Below, one piece after another: positions 28,326-37,507 of a DNA stretch of 64,000 nucleotides (the first letter of the stretch is position 1; each line of letters starts with the position of its first letter). Position numbers and translations under genes: made by a program. The stretch is from a virus: positions 1-64,000 of the IMG/VR virus record IMGVR_UViG_3300023174_000050, one strand, 5' to 3'. A model generated the notes under the pieces. It was not told the origin of the DNA and did not search any database. It saw only the letters and a list, made by a program, of their open reading frames with translations.

Positions 28326-29287
28326 TGGGAATGTTTCGTTTGACAGAGAAAACAGTCTCTGCAAATAGATTTAATGTTGGATATACAGGAAATGCGATTA
28401 TTTCGCCTTTGAATACCTACGTTGCACCTTCTCCTGCACCATCGGGACCCGCACCAGCACCGCCTGTTATCAAGATAGGATACCTATTAGTAGGCGGTGG
28501 TGGTGGCGGCGGGCAAGCGGGTGGGGATATTGGCGGTGCAGGAGGCGGTGGCGGTGGCGGTGTTGTCCTCGGAAATGTAAATGTACCTGCAGGTACTCCT
28601 ATTAGTTTTGTATGGGGAGGTGGAGGTGCAGGCCAACCATCAAGCAATCCAGGTCCACAGGCGGGCATCACAGGATCGAATACAACCTTAAGCGCACCGG
28701 GAATTACCACAGTAGTTGCACTTGGCGGCGGCGGTGGCGGTTCAGGAACAGGTGCTCCAAGTCCTGCTGCATTGTTAGGTCGTTCAGGGGGATCGGGTGG
28801 CGGAGGATATCCTACGGGAGGAACAGGTGTTCAACCAACATGGAATTCTGGCAATCCTGCAGTTTCTTCACAATATGGAAATGCCGGGGGGTCTAATCCC
28901 GCAGCAGCCTCAGAAGGAACGGGTGGCGGCGGTGCTGGTGGGGCAGGAGTATTAGCTCCGGCACCGGGTGTAAACAGAGCGGGCGGTGCAGCTTTGCCTA
29001 TTGCTGCATTTTCTGTAGATGTTGCGGGAGGGGGAAACACTGCTCCTACTACCTGGAGTGTGACCTCGAGCGGATCACCTGGTTCGTCTGGCGGTTTCGG
29101 AGGGCAAAGTTCTTCTGGTTATCCTGCGTCAGGTACTTCTGGCAATGGCGGTGGCGGATTAATTATATTAATGGTACCAACTTCAAGTTATCCTGGAACT
29201 GCTGTTGGAGCTACAGTAACAACACCCGGGGCAGCCCCAGGAATGACAGTACTAACCTATACTGCAAGTGGAACCTATACCGCATAA
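28325..29287 (+). CDS. Glycine-rich domain protein
   Basis: GYLLVGGGG...; Pro linker PSPAPSGPAPAPP. Confidence 0.83.
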   Translation: MGMFRLTEKTVSANRFNVGYTGNAIISPLNTYVAPSPAPSGPAPAPPVIKIGYLLVGGGGGGGQAGGDIGGAGGGGGGGVVLGNVNVPAGTPISFVWGGGGAGQPSSNPGPQAGITGSNTTLSAPGITTVVALGGGGGGSGTGAPSPAALLGRSGGSGGGGYPTGGTGVQPTWNSGNPAVSSQYGNAGGSNPAAASEGTGGGGAGGAGVLAPAPGVNRAGGAALPIAAFSVDVAGGGNTAPTTWSVTSSGSPGSSGGFGGQSSSGYPASGTSGNGGGGLIILMVPTSSYPGTAVGATVTTPGAAPGMTVLTYTASGTYTA

Positions 29288-29293
29288 ACAATA

Positions 29294-30553
29294 ATGTCCA
29301 TAAAAAGTATAAAATCTAGTAAAACTGCAAAAAATGCAAGATTAAACACTTTTAATCTTCCTACTGTAGTTAGTAATTTGAGTATAATACCCATAGGTAC
29401 AGTATCATTTACGTCTGTACCTACAAGTATAGATGAAGGTTCTATTGCTAACATTAGTATTTTAACTTCGGGGCTTGCCGATTCTAAAATACTATATTGG
29501 ACAGTTAATAATATTTCTACAACCAATGCAGATTTTATAGCATCAAATGGTACAGTAAATGCAATTTTTGGTAGTGGCACTTTTGCAATAACTCCTTCGT
29601 TATATTATTTGGAAGGAACTGAAACATTTAGAATAGATATTAGATCAAGTTCCGTTACTGGTAATATACTGGTAACAAGTAATATTATTTCAATAAATGA
29701 TACAAGTACCATAGATCCTCCAGTAGTTGAATACTTAGTAGTTGCTGGCGGTGGCGGTGGTGGCAATTACGGTGGTGGTGGTGGCGCAGGCGGTGTCAAG
29801 AGAGCTGCTTCATATCCAGTAAATCCATACACACCATATACTATTACTGTAGGCGGTGGTGGCTTGGGAGGATTAGGTTTCCCTGCTATTCAATCTGGTA
29901 CCAATGGCAGTGATTCCCAATTTACACCTGCAATCGTTTCCACGGGGGGTGGTGGCGGCGGAAAATATTTAACTGCAGGCAATCCCGGAGGTTCAGGGGG
30001 TGGCGGTGGTATGGCAACAGCCTCTCCTGGAATTGTTCCCGTCGGCTTAGCGTCGCCAGCTGGACAAGGAAACAACGGTGGTGCTGGCAGATATAATCCT
30101 TCTGCCCAAGTTGGAGGTGGAGGCGGTGGCGCTGGATTCTACGGAGAAGATGGACCAACAGCTGCAGAAGTTCGCGGTGGAGCCGGTGGTTATGGCATTA
30201 TATCCTTTATAAATGGATCAAACCTTTATTATGCTGGCGGTGGCGGTGGTGTTGCTGTATCTGGAGGTGGAGGCGTTCAAAGCGCGGGTGGCGCTGGAGG
30301 CGGCGCTGCAGGTTATACGGGTCCTGGTTCTGGATACGCTGCAAACGGTTTAGTAAATACTGGCGGTGGCGGTGGTGGCGGTGGCGCTGCTGCGTTTGCA
30401 GCATCCACAGGAAATGGTGGGTCGGGTGTAGTTGTCATTAGACATTCAAATGTCTACGCACTTGCAACCACAACAGGTTCACCAAATGTAATATATTCCA
30501 ATGCCAATATTATTTACCAATTTTGGCAATCTGGCACAATTATTTTCAATTAA
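29294..30553 (+). CDS. Calx-beta/Ig-like plus glycine-rich domain protein
   Basis: SIDEG...LYWT...EGTETF...ISINDTS then EYLVVAGGG. Confidence 0.82.
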   Translation: MSIKSIKSSKTAKNARLNTFNLPTVVSNLSIIPIGTVSFTSVPTSIDEGSIANISILTSGLADSKILYWTVNNISTTNADFIASNGTVNAIFGSGTFAITPSLYYLEGTETFRIDIRSSSVTGNILVTSNIISINDTSTIDPPVVEYLVVAGGGGGGNYGGGGGAGGVKRAASYPVNPYTPYTITVGGGGLGGLGFPAIQSGTNGSDSQFTPAIVSTGGGGGGKYLTAGNPGGSGGGGGMATASPGIVPVGLASPAGQGNNGGAGRYNPSAQVGGGGGGAGFYGEDGPTAAEVRGGAGGYGIISFINGSNLYYAGGGGGVAVSGGGGVQSAGGAGGGAAGYTGPGSGYAANGLVNTGGGGGGGGAAAFAASTGNGGSGVVVIRHSNVYALATTTGSPNVIYSNANIIYQFWQSGTIIFN

Positions 30554-30612
30554 TTAGTTAATAAATAAAAAGACATAGTGTTTAATAACACGTAATCTAA
30601 AGGAGAAAAAAA

Positions 30613-31008
30613 ATGGCACATTATGCACACGTAGAAAATGGTATAGTAACTCAAGTTATTGTGGCTGATCAAGATTTTATCAACTCAGGCGCAGTCGGTA
30701 ATCCTTCATCTTGGGTACAAACAAGTTATAATACACAGGGTGGCACACATCGTAACGGTGGCACACCATTAAGAAAAAATTATGCAGGCATTGGGTTTGT
30801 ATATGATGCAGGTAGAGATGCATTTTATGCACCTCAACCATATCCAAGTTGGACTTTGGATGAGGAAACTTGTTATTGGAACCCTCCGGTAGCACAACCC
30901 ACTCCTGTCATGCCGACGGAAACTGAAGCAGGTACATTCTACACATGGAATGAATCTACTACATCCTGGGATGCTCAAACCATTCCTGCCTTAGGTACCC
31001 CAGCTTAA
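30613..31008 (+). CDS. Conserved fiber-associated protein
   Basis: MAHYAHVENGIVTQVIVAD, W.QTSYN, RKNYAGIG..YD..RDAF; recalled as a neighbour of Gly-rich genes. Confidence 0.7.
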   Translation: MAHYAHVENGIVTQVIVADQDFINSGAVGNPSSWVQTSYNTQGGTHRNGGTPLRKNYAGIGFVYDAGRDAFYAPQPYPSWTLDEETCYWNPPVAQPTPVMPTETEAGTFYTWNESTTSWDAQTIPALGTPA

Positions 31009-31024
31009 TCTTTCGGATAAGCAC

Positions 31025-31047
31025 CGACCCGTTTGGCAGACGGGTCG
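31025..31047 (+). terminator. Hairpin ending the late virion operon
   Basis: CGACCCGT-TTGGCAG-ACGGGTCG; weak U-tract. Confidence 0.5.
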
Positions 31048-31048
31048 C

Positions 31049-31077
31049 TTGACTTCTCGAGTCAAGTATTATATAAT
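31049..31077 (+). promoter_or_regulatory. Sigma70-type promoter
   Basis: TTGACT-17-TATAAT. Confidence 0.7.
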
Positions 31078-31165
31078 TATCCTGTGATCAAATAAATCCC
31101 TAAAAAATTGTGCTCTAAGCACTCTTTTTCTCAGTTTTTGAGTGGGATAAACTATAGGAGAAAAT

Positions 31166-31747
31166 ATGGATATTAGTTTAAAAACTAACAGTGCAACCAT
31201 TGGTAGTTTAGCAGCGAACATCTTAAGAACCGTAGGATTTATTCTTGTTATATGGGCAGTAACACTGGCATGTAAAGCGAGATTAAATCATATTAAAGAG
31301 ACACAGGTGGACTGGCCACATAACTATGTTAGTGCCACTACAAAGATAAAAGAACTAGATTGCCTAACTAAAAACATTTATTGGGAAGCGGCATCCGAAC
31401 CATTCGAAGGAAAGGTTGGAGTAGCACAAGTAACAATAAATAGAGTAGAGTCGGGCAAGTTCGCAAGTTCGATTTGTGGAGTAGTATACCAAAAGAATAT
31501 CTTTTATGAGAAGGTTATTTGTCAGTTTAGTTGGTATTGCGAAAACACTCACAAGATTAGACCCATACACAAACAATTATGGGCAGAAAGTGAGTTGGTG
31601 GCTAAGAAAGTTCTATTAGAAAATTTTAGGCTTCCGGCATTGAAGAATGCGTTGTATTATCACGCAGATTATATTAATCCTGGGTGGAAAAACCCCAAAA
31701 TTGACCAGATCGGTAGACACATCTTTTACGGAGATAGAAAATCATGA
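31166..31747 (+). CDS. Cell wall hydrolase, SleB/Hydrolase_2 family
   Basis: CLTKNIYWEA, VAQVTINRV, SICGVVYQ, CQFSW, LYYHADY, IGRHIFY; N-terminal TM. Confidence 0.92.
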   Translation: MDISLKTNSATIGSLAANILRTVGFILVIWAVTLACKARLNHIKETQVDWPHNYVSATTKIKELDCLTKNIYWEAASEPFEGKVGVAQVTINRVESGKFASSICGVVYQKNIFYEKVICQFSWYCENTHKIRPIHKQLWAESELVAKKVLLENFRLPALKNALYYHADYINPGWKNPKIDQIGRHIFYGDRKS

Positions 31748-32049
31748 ACTTCTTTAACATTAACGCCATTCGAAATTTTGTAAATGAGCATTTGCATAAA
31801 ATTTCTGCTGACACTTTGGGTTGGCTGGCGGCGATAGTAATACATTGCGCCACACTACCATCATTGTTGGCATTGATTACAGGAATAAGTGATAACACAC
31901 CCAGTCTTGATGTTGTGCTGATGATGTGGGCAGGGTTAGTTTTGTTATTTGCCAGAGCAATCGTATTGAAAGATTCTCTCAATATTATTACAATAGGAGT
32001 AGGATTCATAGCACAGGCATCGTTGATGGCGTTGGTATTATTCAAATAA
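31744..32049 (+). CDS. 3-TM membrane protein, SemiSWEET/PQ-loop-like
   Basis: LGWLAAIVIHCATLPSLL...SLDVVLMMWAGLVL...KD..I spacing matches SemiSWEET. Confidence 0.5.
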   Translation: MNFFNINAIRNFVNEHLHKISADTLGWLAAIVIHCATLPSLLALITGISDNTPSLDVVLMMWAGLVLLFARAIVLKDSLNIITIGVGFIAQASLMALVLFK

Positions 32050-32050
32050 T

Positions 32051-32263
32051 ATGAGCAAACTTGCATTATATGGTAGGCCATACGTGGTTTTTGATGCAAA
32101 AAACAAAGATCATAGACGATGGTTCGCTGATTTTAACAAAAGCCAAACGTGGTCTCATTGCCCAGTTAGATTTGTAATTGATCATGACCATGGTGATCTT
32201 GTAACTATGATTCAAAGAAATCTAATTCAATATTATGTTGACAGAGAATTTAAGACAGGTTGA
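32051..32263 (+). CDS. Hypothetical protein
   Basis: 70-aa ORF in operon. Confidence 0.6.
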   Translation: MSKLALYGRPYVVFDAKNKDHRRWFADFNKSQTWSHCPVRFVIDHDHGDLVTMIQRNLIQYYVDREFKTG

Positions 32264-32288
32264 CACCTAATCGAAAAGGTGTTATAAT
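32260..32288 (+). promoter_or_regulatory. Sigma70 promoter; ATG 6 nt downstream (leaderless)
   Basis: TTGACA-17-TATAAT-TAGAGT-ATG. Confidence 0.75.
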
Positions 32289-32294
32289 TAGAGT

Positions 32295-33158
32295 ATGAAA
32301 ATTGCACTTACATCAGACATTCATCTAGAGTTCGAAGAATGGGTTCCAGTTAATCCAGAGAATGCCGACGTCTTAATTTTATCTGGCGACATTTGTCTTG
32401 TTAAGGACATTCGAGACAGAGATCTTTATGGTGTCATGGATCGGTTTGATCGTTCCAATATGCTACACAGATTCTTCTCTGGTTGTTGCGAAACATATAA
32501 GAATGTTATTTATATCATGGGCAACCATGAGCATTATCACGGGGACTTTGCTGAGTCTTATAAATTACTAAAAGATAAATTAGGTTATTTGAAAAACCTT
32601 CATATCTTAGAAAAAGAGATTGTAAAAATTGATGATGTGACATTCATCGGTGGCACTCTTTGGACAGATATGAATAAGGAAGATCCTATTACACTAATGC
32701 ACATGAAAGGTATGATGAATGACTTTCGATGTGTTCTTAATGGTAATCGTGTAGTAATCTTTAAAGATGAAGATGGAAAGTTTCATAAACGTAATGCTCG
32801 TTTCACACCAGAGGATGCGGTGTTAGAACATAAGAATATGGTGGCATATATCAAAGAAATCGTATCAGAGAAACACGATCAAAAGTTTGTTGTAGTTGGA
32901 CATCATGCACCTAGCAGGCAAAGCACACATCCAAAGTATAAAGATGAGACTATCATGAACGGTGGTTATTCATCTGACTTATCAGACTTTATTTTAGATA
33001 GACCACAGATCAAAGCATGGACACATGGTCATACTCATGAATTGTTTAATTATATGATTGGCAGTACCAGAGTAATGTGCAATCCTCGCGGGTATGTTCA
33101 TTATGAAAGAGATACTGACGAGAAACAACCGTATTTGCCATTCGTGTTTGAAGTATGA
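32295..33158 (+). CDS. Calcineurin-like metallophosphoesterase
   Basis: SDIHLE, LSGDI, GNHEHY, GHHAPS, HGHTH. Confidence 0.92.
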   Translation: MKIALTSDIHLEFEEWVPVNPENADVLILSGDICLVKDIRDRDLYGVMDRFDRSNMLHRFFSGCCETYKNVIYIMGNHEHYHGDFAESYKLLKDKLGYLKNLHILEKEIVKIDDVTFIGGTLWTDMNKEDPITLMHMKGMMNDFRCVLNGNRVVIFKDEDGKFHKRNARFTPEDAVLEHKNMVAYIKEIVSEKHDQKFVVVGHHAPSRQSTHPKYKDETIMNGGYSSDLSDFILDRPQIKAWTHGHTHELFNYMIGSTRVMCNPRGYVHYERDTDEKQPYLPFVFEV

Positions 33159-33294
33159 CAGACGACGAATGGAATCAAGTATATGAGGGGATGGTTGTCC
33201 GTTGGGGCAATCGTCTTCCCTCTATTGACAATGAACCAATTAGATTTAAATACTATTTAGATCTGTATCTATACTATAGAAAAAGAGGTATGTT

Positions 33295-33513
33295 ATGAGC
33301 ATTGATGTAAAAGCCATGATGAATAGAGTTAAACAAATGACCTATCATGAGGTTACGATAGAGTTATATGAACCATTACATTTTGACGGTTCACCTGCAC
33401 CATTTGATATGACTATCAATGGCGACATGCTAACAGCAAATATACTTGCAGAATCATATAATAAAGCAGAACAAGTTTTGCAAGATTATGTACGGAGGAA
33501 TGATGTTCTTTAA
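33295..33513 (+). CDS. Hypothetical early protein
   Basis: GAGG SD; 72 aa. Confidence 0.6.
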   Translation: MSIDVKAMMNRVKQMTYHEVTIELYEPLHFDGSPAPFDMTINGDMLTANILAESYNKAEQVLQDYVRRNDVL

Positions 33514-33715
33514 GCAAGTAGACAAAACTGATGTATTATTCGAAAAATTTAGTAGTAAACCGTATGATACTACTCTGTCTTGGACAACCAATCGAAAATT
33601 CAAATTGGATCCGCTCTACTCGAAAAAAACATATACTTATGAGAATGAGCCAATTGACATAGAAAAACCCTTTAAACTATGGGAAATTCCGCAAGATAAA
33701 GTGCTTGACAAGTGA
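33500..33715 (+). CDS. Hypothetical early protein
   Basis: GGAGG SD before ATG 33500. Confidence 0.55.
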   Translation: MMFFKQVDKTDVLFEKFSSKPYDTTLSWTTNRKFKLDPLYSKKTYTYENEPIDIEKPFKLWEIPQDKVLDK

Positions 33716-33733
33716 TGCAAAAGGCTTTATAAT
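33705..33733 (+). promoter_or_regulatory. Sigma70 early promoter
   Basis: TTGACA-17-TATAAT. Confidence 0.78.
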
Positions 33734-33761
33734 ATAGACATAGTAATGTAAAGGAATTGGT

Positions 33762-34001
33762 ATGAACAACATTCAAATTGACGGTTTGACGCAAGACCAA
33801 TGTGATATGCTCGATGTCATGTGGACTCTTGATTCTGAAGAAGAATTTTTAGAATGGTATGAGAATATACTATCACCCAAGGAACAGTTGCAGTGTGATT
33901 TACTACAAAGACTAGTTCTTTTAGAGACCTTTGATGAACAGATGTCCCATGAAAAGAAATTCCCTAAAGCAAATGATGTGTTAAGAAAGTTTAGAAAATG
34001 A
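33762..34001 (+). CDS. Hypothetical early protein
   Basis: AAGGA SD; first gene after promoter. Confidence 0.65.
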   Translation: MNNIQIDGLTQDQCDMLDVMWTLDSEEEFLEWYENILSPKEQLQCDLLQRLVLLETFDEQMSHEKKFPKANDVLRKFRK

Positions 34002-34231
34002 TACTTGATAAAGCCTACACACCATACAAAGAAGTTAAATCAATAGAATTGACTTATGACCAGGTTGATGCCATCATAATTGAAGATTTACAGGAAGCAA
34101 TAGAAATGAATTGGAATGATTCAGATTTACGACCTGCTTTGATAAAAGTCTTAAGTTATTATATGAATCCCCATGAATTCAAATACTATAACCAACATAT
34201 AAATGACAGACGCAGCCACAAAGATAACTAA
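33998..34231 (+). CDS. Hypothetical early protein
   Basis: ATGA-coupled ORF. Confidence 0.6.
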   Translation: MILDKAYTPYKEVKSIELTYDQVDAIIIEDLQEAIEMNWNDSDLRPALIKVLSYYMNPHEFKYYNQHINDRRSHKDN

Positions 34232-34439
34232 AGACGGATACTATCAAATTAGTGTCAGACTAGCCGATGGTTTTAGATTCAAGATTCCTGCTAGGGGATT
34301 TAACTTGAAATCATTACTCGAGTTTGAGCAGTCTTTAGACTCTGTCAAAGAACATTCATTTAAAGAAATTACCAAAAAAGAATTTGAAAAAATGACTATT
34401 GGTACTGAGGAAAAACAGGCATACAGGAAAAGAAAATGA
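34203..34439 (+). CDS. Hypothetical early protein
   Basis: Overlapping operon ORF. Confidence 0.55.
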   Translation: MTDAATKITKDGYYQISVRLADGFRFKIPARGFNLKSLLEFEQSLDSVKEHSFKEITKKEFEKMTIGTEEKQAYRKRK

Positions 34440-34693
34440 GTACGGATCAGGACAAAATAAAGCATAGTTCCAGATTACATCAGGAAGAAGTGCATATTAA
34501 GAAACAGGTAAAGATTGCCAAATCAGCCGGCATACATGTAGATGAACCGCATAAGTTTGCTAAGCATCACGCAATGGATTGTGGTAATCCTAAATGTCCA
34601 GTATGTAGTAACCCTAGAAAATTGTACAAAGAATTAAGTATTCAAGAAAAACGATTCTTTCAGCCTGGGTTACAAGAAGAAGGTAACGACTAA
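34436..34693 (+). CDS. Hypothetical protein with HHAMDCGNPKCPVCSNPR metal-binding motif
   Basis: His/Cys cluster; ATGA coupling. Confidence 0.65.
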   Translation: MSTDQDKIKHSSRLHQEEVHIKKQVKIAKSAGIHVDEPHKFAKHHAMDCGNPKCPVCSNPRKLYKELSIQEKRFFQPGLQEEGND

Positions 34694-35029
34694 ATGGCAA
34701 TAGTAAAAACATTTGATGTCAACACAATGCCAATACCTTCCTTTGATATTGAAGATATTAGATTTAGTGCGAAAGATTATGCCATTGGCGGAAAAATGGT
34801 GGATGCAGCATATTCTGTATCTTATCTCGACGCAATGGCATGGAAACCAAATTTTGAGGATTATGTTAAAGAACAACTTGCGCAACAGATGGCAAGGTAT
34901 ATGTTAAATAATAAGTTAATTGAATTTACGAAAAAATCAAACCCAAACAGTGATGATATTACCTATAGAGCACGTTGCTATTTGACAACAGATGATACTG
35001 TCAAAATACTTAGAGTACATGAAAGATGA
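34694..35029 (+). CDS. Hypothetical early protein
   Basis: 111-aa coupled ORF. Confidence 0.6.
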   Translation: MAIVKTFDVNTMPIPSFDIEDIRFSAKDYAIGGKMVDAAYSVSYLDAMAWKPNFEDYVKEQLAQQMARYMLNNKLIEFTKKSNPNSDDITYRARCYLTTDDTVKILRVHER

Positions 35030-35244
35030 GATACTGGTCTTATTCTGAACCTGATATAGATGTATCGGTCACCCTATCAGAAAACGCAATATTAACTTCA
35101 TACTTTCCAAAATGGTATGAATTAATGGCAAAGGCAGGCAAAGATATACCGGCAGATGCTAGGATAACTGAAAGAATGTGTATTGATGATTGGATTGCAG
35201 TACACTGGGCTTATGAAACTGATAAGTTTGGAACACCGATCTAA
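35026..35244 (+). CDS. Hypothetical early protein
   Basis: MRYWSY...CIDDWIAVHWA pattern. Confidence 0.6.
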   Translation: MRYWSYSEPDIDVSVTLSENAILTSYFPKWYELMAKAGKDIPADARITERMCIDDWIAVHWAYETDKFGTPI

Positions 35245-35317
35245 AAGGTAAAACCTTTTTATTAACCTTACGCTCTGAAGGGTTATACTTGACATTTTAG
35301 CCAAAAGGCTATATAAT
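35242..35317 (+). promoter_or_regulatory. Early promoter module: hairpin, palindrome and sigma70 promoter
   Basis: TAAAAGGTAAAACCTTTTTATTA; ACCTT-N9-AGGGT; TTGACA(35289)-17-TATAAT. Confidence 0.8.
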
Positions 35318-35323
35318 AATGAC

Positions 35324-35629
35324 ATGAACAGAAAAAAGAGATCCGATCGTAGACATATCGTATACAGCATCACAAATGCTGTTAACGGTGAGTACTATAT
35401 AGGCATTACACAAGGCTTTCGTCAGAAAGACCTCAAAATCCGCATACAAAAGCACATTCGCAGAGCATTGACTGAGGGTAAGTCCTGGGCTTTATGCTGC
35501 GCTATAAGGTCCTACGGGGTCGAGGTGTTTGTCCCACAGATCATTGAGGTCGTCAGGGGCAAAAATGCTGCTCACATGCTAGAACGCGAGTTAATTGGTG
35601 AGTACTCACCAACATTGAACACACAGTAA
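35324..35629 (+). CDS. Small GIY-YIG nuclease
   Basis: HIVYSITNAVNGEYYIGIT; RIQKH; LERELI; LN; apparently leaderless. Confidence 0.8.
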   Translation: MNRKKRSDRRHIVYSITNAVNGEYYIGITQGFRQKDLKIRIQKHIRRALTEGKSWALCCAIRSYGVEVFVPQIIEVVRGKNAAHMLERELIGEYSPTLNTQ

Positions 35630-35712
35630 CCCTACAGAGCGTATGGTTTTAGGTTGTGTCTTTTTTCGAACGGTGTTATAATAAGCACATAGCAACAAAG
35701 AAAGGATCAAAG

Positions 35713-35919
35713 ATGATTGACAAAGAACTCCCAGAAGTATCAAGAGATATAGCCCGCAAATTGTCAGAGGATGCGATGGCTAGGTTTTTAGCACAAGGCG
35801 GATCGGTTGAACAACTTAAGGGTCGTAAGAATCCCAAAGGTCAGACTGCCAATGGTAAGAACAAGGGTGGCGGCAAGATCATGCATGACCCGACTGCTCG
35901 ATTTCCTAAGAAGGATTAA
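35713..35919 (+). CDS. Basic hypothetical early protein
   Basis: AAGGA SD; promoter TTGTGT(35654)-17-TATAAT upstream. Confidence 0.6.
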   Translation: MIDKELPEVSRDIARKLSEDAMARFLAQGGSVEQLKGRKNPKGQTANGKNKGGGKIMHDPTARFPKKD

Positions 35920-35920
35920 A

Positions 35921-36190
35921 ATGCGCACAAAGACTTTCATCGATGGTTTTAAGAACTCACAAAAAATACGTGTGATAATTGATGGGTTTGGAATCTATAC
36001 AACTGTGGGTGGCGTTGGTAGTGTGTTTGCTACTCATAGTCTTCGGCAGGCTGCGTGTGATGGTGTTCTGCGTTTATCGTATTTGCGATATGAGGCAAAG
36101 AGAAAAGGTGAGGCGTTACCTACAGGTTGTGGTATGACCAGTTATAATACGACTCAAATAGGTAAGCAAGTTCAAGTTGATTTAATTTAA
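35921..36190 (+). CDS. Hypothetical early protein
   Basis: AAGGA SD before ATG 35921. Confidence 0.6.
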   Translation: MRTKTFIDGFKNSQKIRVIIDGFGIYTTVGGVGSVFATHSLRQAACDGVLRLSYLRYEAKRKGEALPTGCGMTSYNTTQIGKQVQVDLI

Positions 36191-36200
36191 GGAGCAAACT

Positions 36201-36368
36201 ATGAGTAAAATGTCAGAATTAGATGCAGAGATTAATGATCTGCTTAGCAGTACAAATCTTATGATTGATGAGATTGCAGCAGTTTTAGATATTCCCGTAA
36301 CTATGGTTGAGAATGTTGTAGCATATCGTTGGCAGCGTATTGTCGAATCTGTCGGAGAGACTTCTTGA
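36201..36368 (+). CDS. Small HTH-like protein (55 aa, not in ORF track)
   Basis: AAGGAG SD; MIDEIAAVLDIPVTMV helix-turn-helix pattern. Confidence 0.6.
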   Translation: MSKMSELDAEINDLLSSTNLMIDEIAAVLDIPVTMVENVVAYRWQRIVESVGETS

Positions 36369-36598
36369 ACAGATTGGATATTGTAAAACTAGCATCGAGT
36401 GTGGGTGCCGAGGTCGAAGGACCAAACTGGGTATTTACATTAGATCAGCTAGAAGAGTATACCAAACAGGCTCAACCTAAACCTTTGGATATGCATCGCA
36501 TTGATGAATATCTTCCAGCCTGGGCATATCTCGAATTGACTTCGGGTATGCGTGAAGAAATTGTTCAAGTAATTCAGAAACAACTTGGAGTTATATAA
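36365..36598 (+). CDS. Hypothetical early protein
   Basis: TTG start overlapping upstream stop; start uncertain. Confidence 0.45.
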   Translation: MNRLDIVKLASSVGAEVEGPNWVFTLDQLEEYTKQAQPKPLDMHRIDEYLPAWAYLELTSGMREEIVQVIQKQLGVI

Positions 36599-36599
36599 T

Positions 36600-37007
36600 A
36601 TGATGCCAGCAGGAAAATATTATATTGGCGACTTATGCCATATAATGACAGATAGCGAATGGCTCGAAATATGTGAGCTTACTATTCAAGGTAGTCGAGT
36701 CATTGACGGCGAATTCCAATTAAAAGATGGTCGTAAATTTGCAATGTACAGTACAGCGTACGGCGACGGTGTGTACTATGATTATTATGGTCATTCGTAT
36801 AGCGTAGACTCAGGGTCGATTGGTTGCATTCGAGAAAAAGATGTTAATTATGTTGACAATTTTACTCAATTTTTGGATGTAGGTTCTATTCTTGAATTTG
36901 ATACAGATTTTGTAACAGGTGGTGGTCGAGGTACACCTGATTGGGAAGGAACAATTCAGTTTGGCCATGTGGTAATTGAGACAAATCCAGTTGAAGAGGA
37001 GTATTGA
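36600..37007 (+). CDS. Conserved phage hypothetical protein
   Basis: MMPAGKYYIGDLC...TAYGDG.Y...VDSGSIGCI. Confidence 0.7.
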   Translation: MMPAGKYYIGDLCHIMTDSEWLEICELTIQGSRVIDGEFQLKDGRKFAMYSTAYGDGVYYDYYGHSYSVDSGSIGCIREKDVNYVDNFTQFLDVGSILEFDTDFVTGGGRGTPDWEGTIQFGHVVIETNPVEEEY

Positions 37008-37008
37008 T

Positions 37009-37401
37009 ATGGGTTTAGATATGTATGCTTTTCGTGTTAGGACAGAAGATGCACTTGGCGATTTTGAGATTGCTAAGACTGCAGATGAAAAGAGAGTAGA
37101 GTGTGAGGAAATCATGTACTGGCGCAAGCATCACGATTTGCATGGCTGGATGGAACGTTTGTATCGTGAAAAGGGCGGAACCAAAGAATCATTCAATTGT
37201 GTACCCGTTCGTCTGACAATGGAAGATTTACAAAATCTTGAAAAAGATGTGCTAGCTGATAATCTACCGCAGACACAAGGGTTCTTCTTTGGTACTAATC
37301 CTCCAGATGCAGAGTCAATGCAGCATGACATGGATTTTATCAGCAAAGCCAAGGTAGCTATTGCAACAGGCGATGCTGTTTATTACGACTCATGGTGGTA
37401 A
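37009..37401 (+). CDS. Conserved phage hypothetical protein
   Basis: MGLDMY...YWRKHHDLHGWM...YYDSWW family pattern. Confidence 0.75.
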   Translation: MGLDMYAFRVRTEDALGDFEIAKTADEKRVECEEIMYWRKHHDLHGWMERLYREKGGTKESFNCVPVRLTMEDLQNLEKDVLADNLPQTQGFFFGTNPPDAESMQHDMDFISKAKVAIATGDAVYYDSWW

Positions 37402-37507
37402 TATGATTAGATCTTTGATGTGGATATTTGTATACTTGTGCCTTCTATGTGCATTTTCAATAGAAGCAGAGTATACTGACGGCACCTATATCTCCCTACG
37501 AGGTTGG

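Noticed and set aside
13127-30404. Many minus-strand Pro-rich and alternate-frame ORFs over the Gly-rich genes
   Set aside because: Shadows of GGN codon runs (antisense poly-Pro/His/Arg); no RBS, and they conflict with the uniform + strand layout
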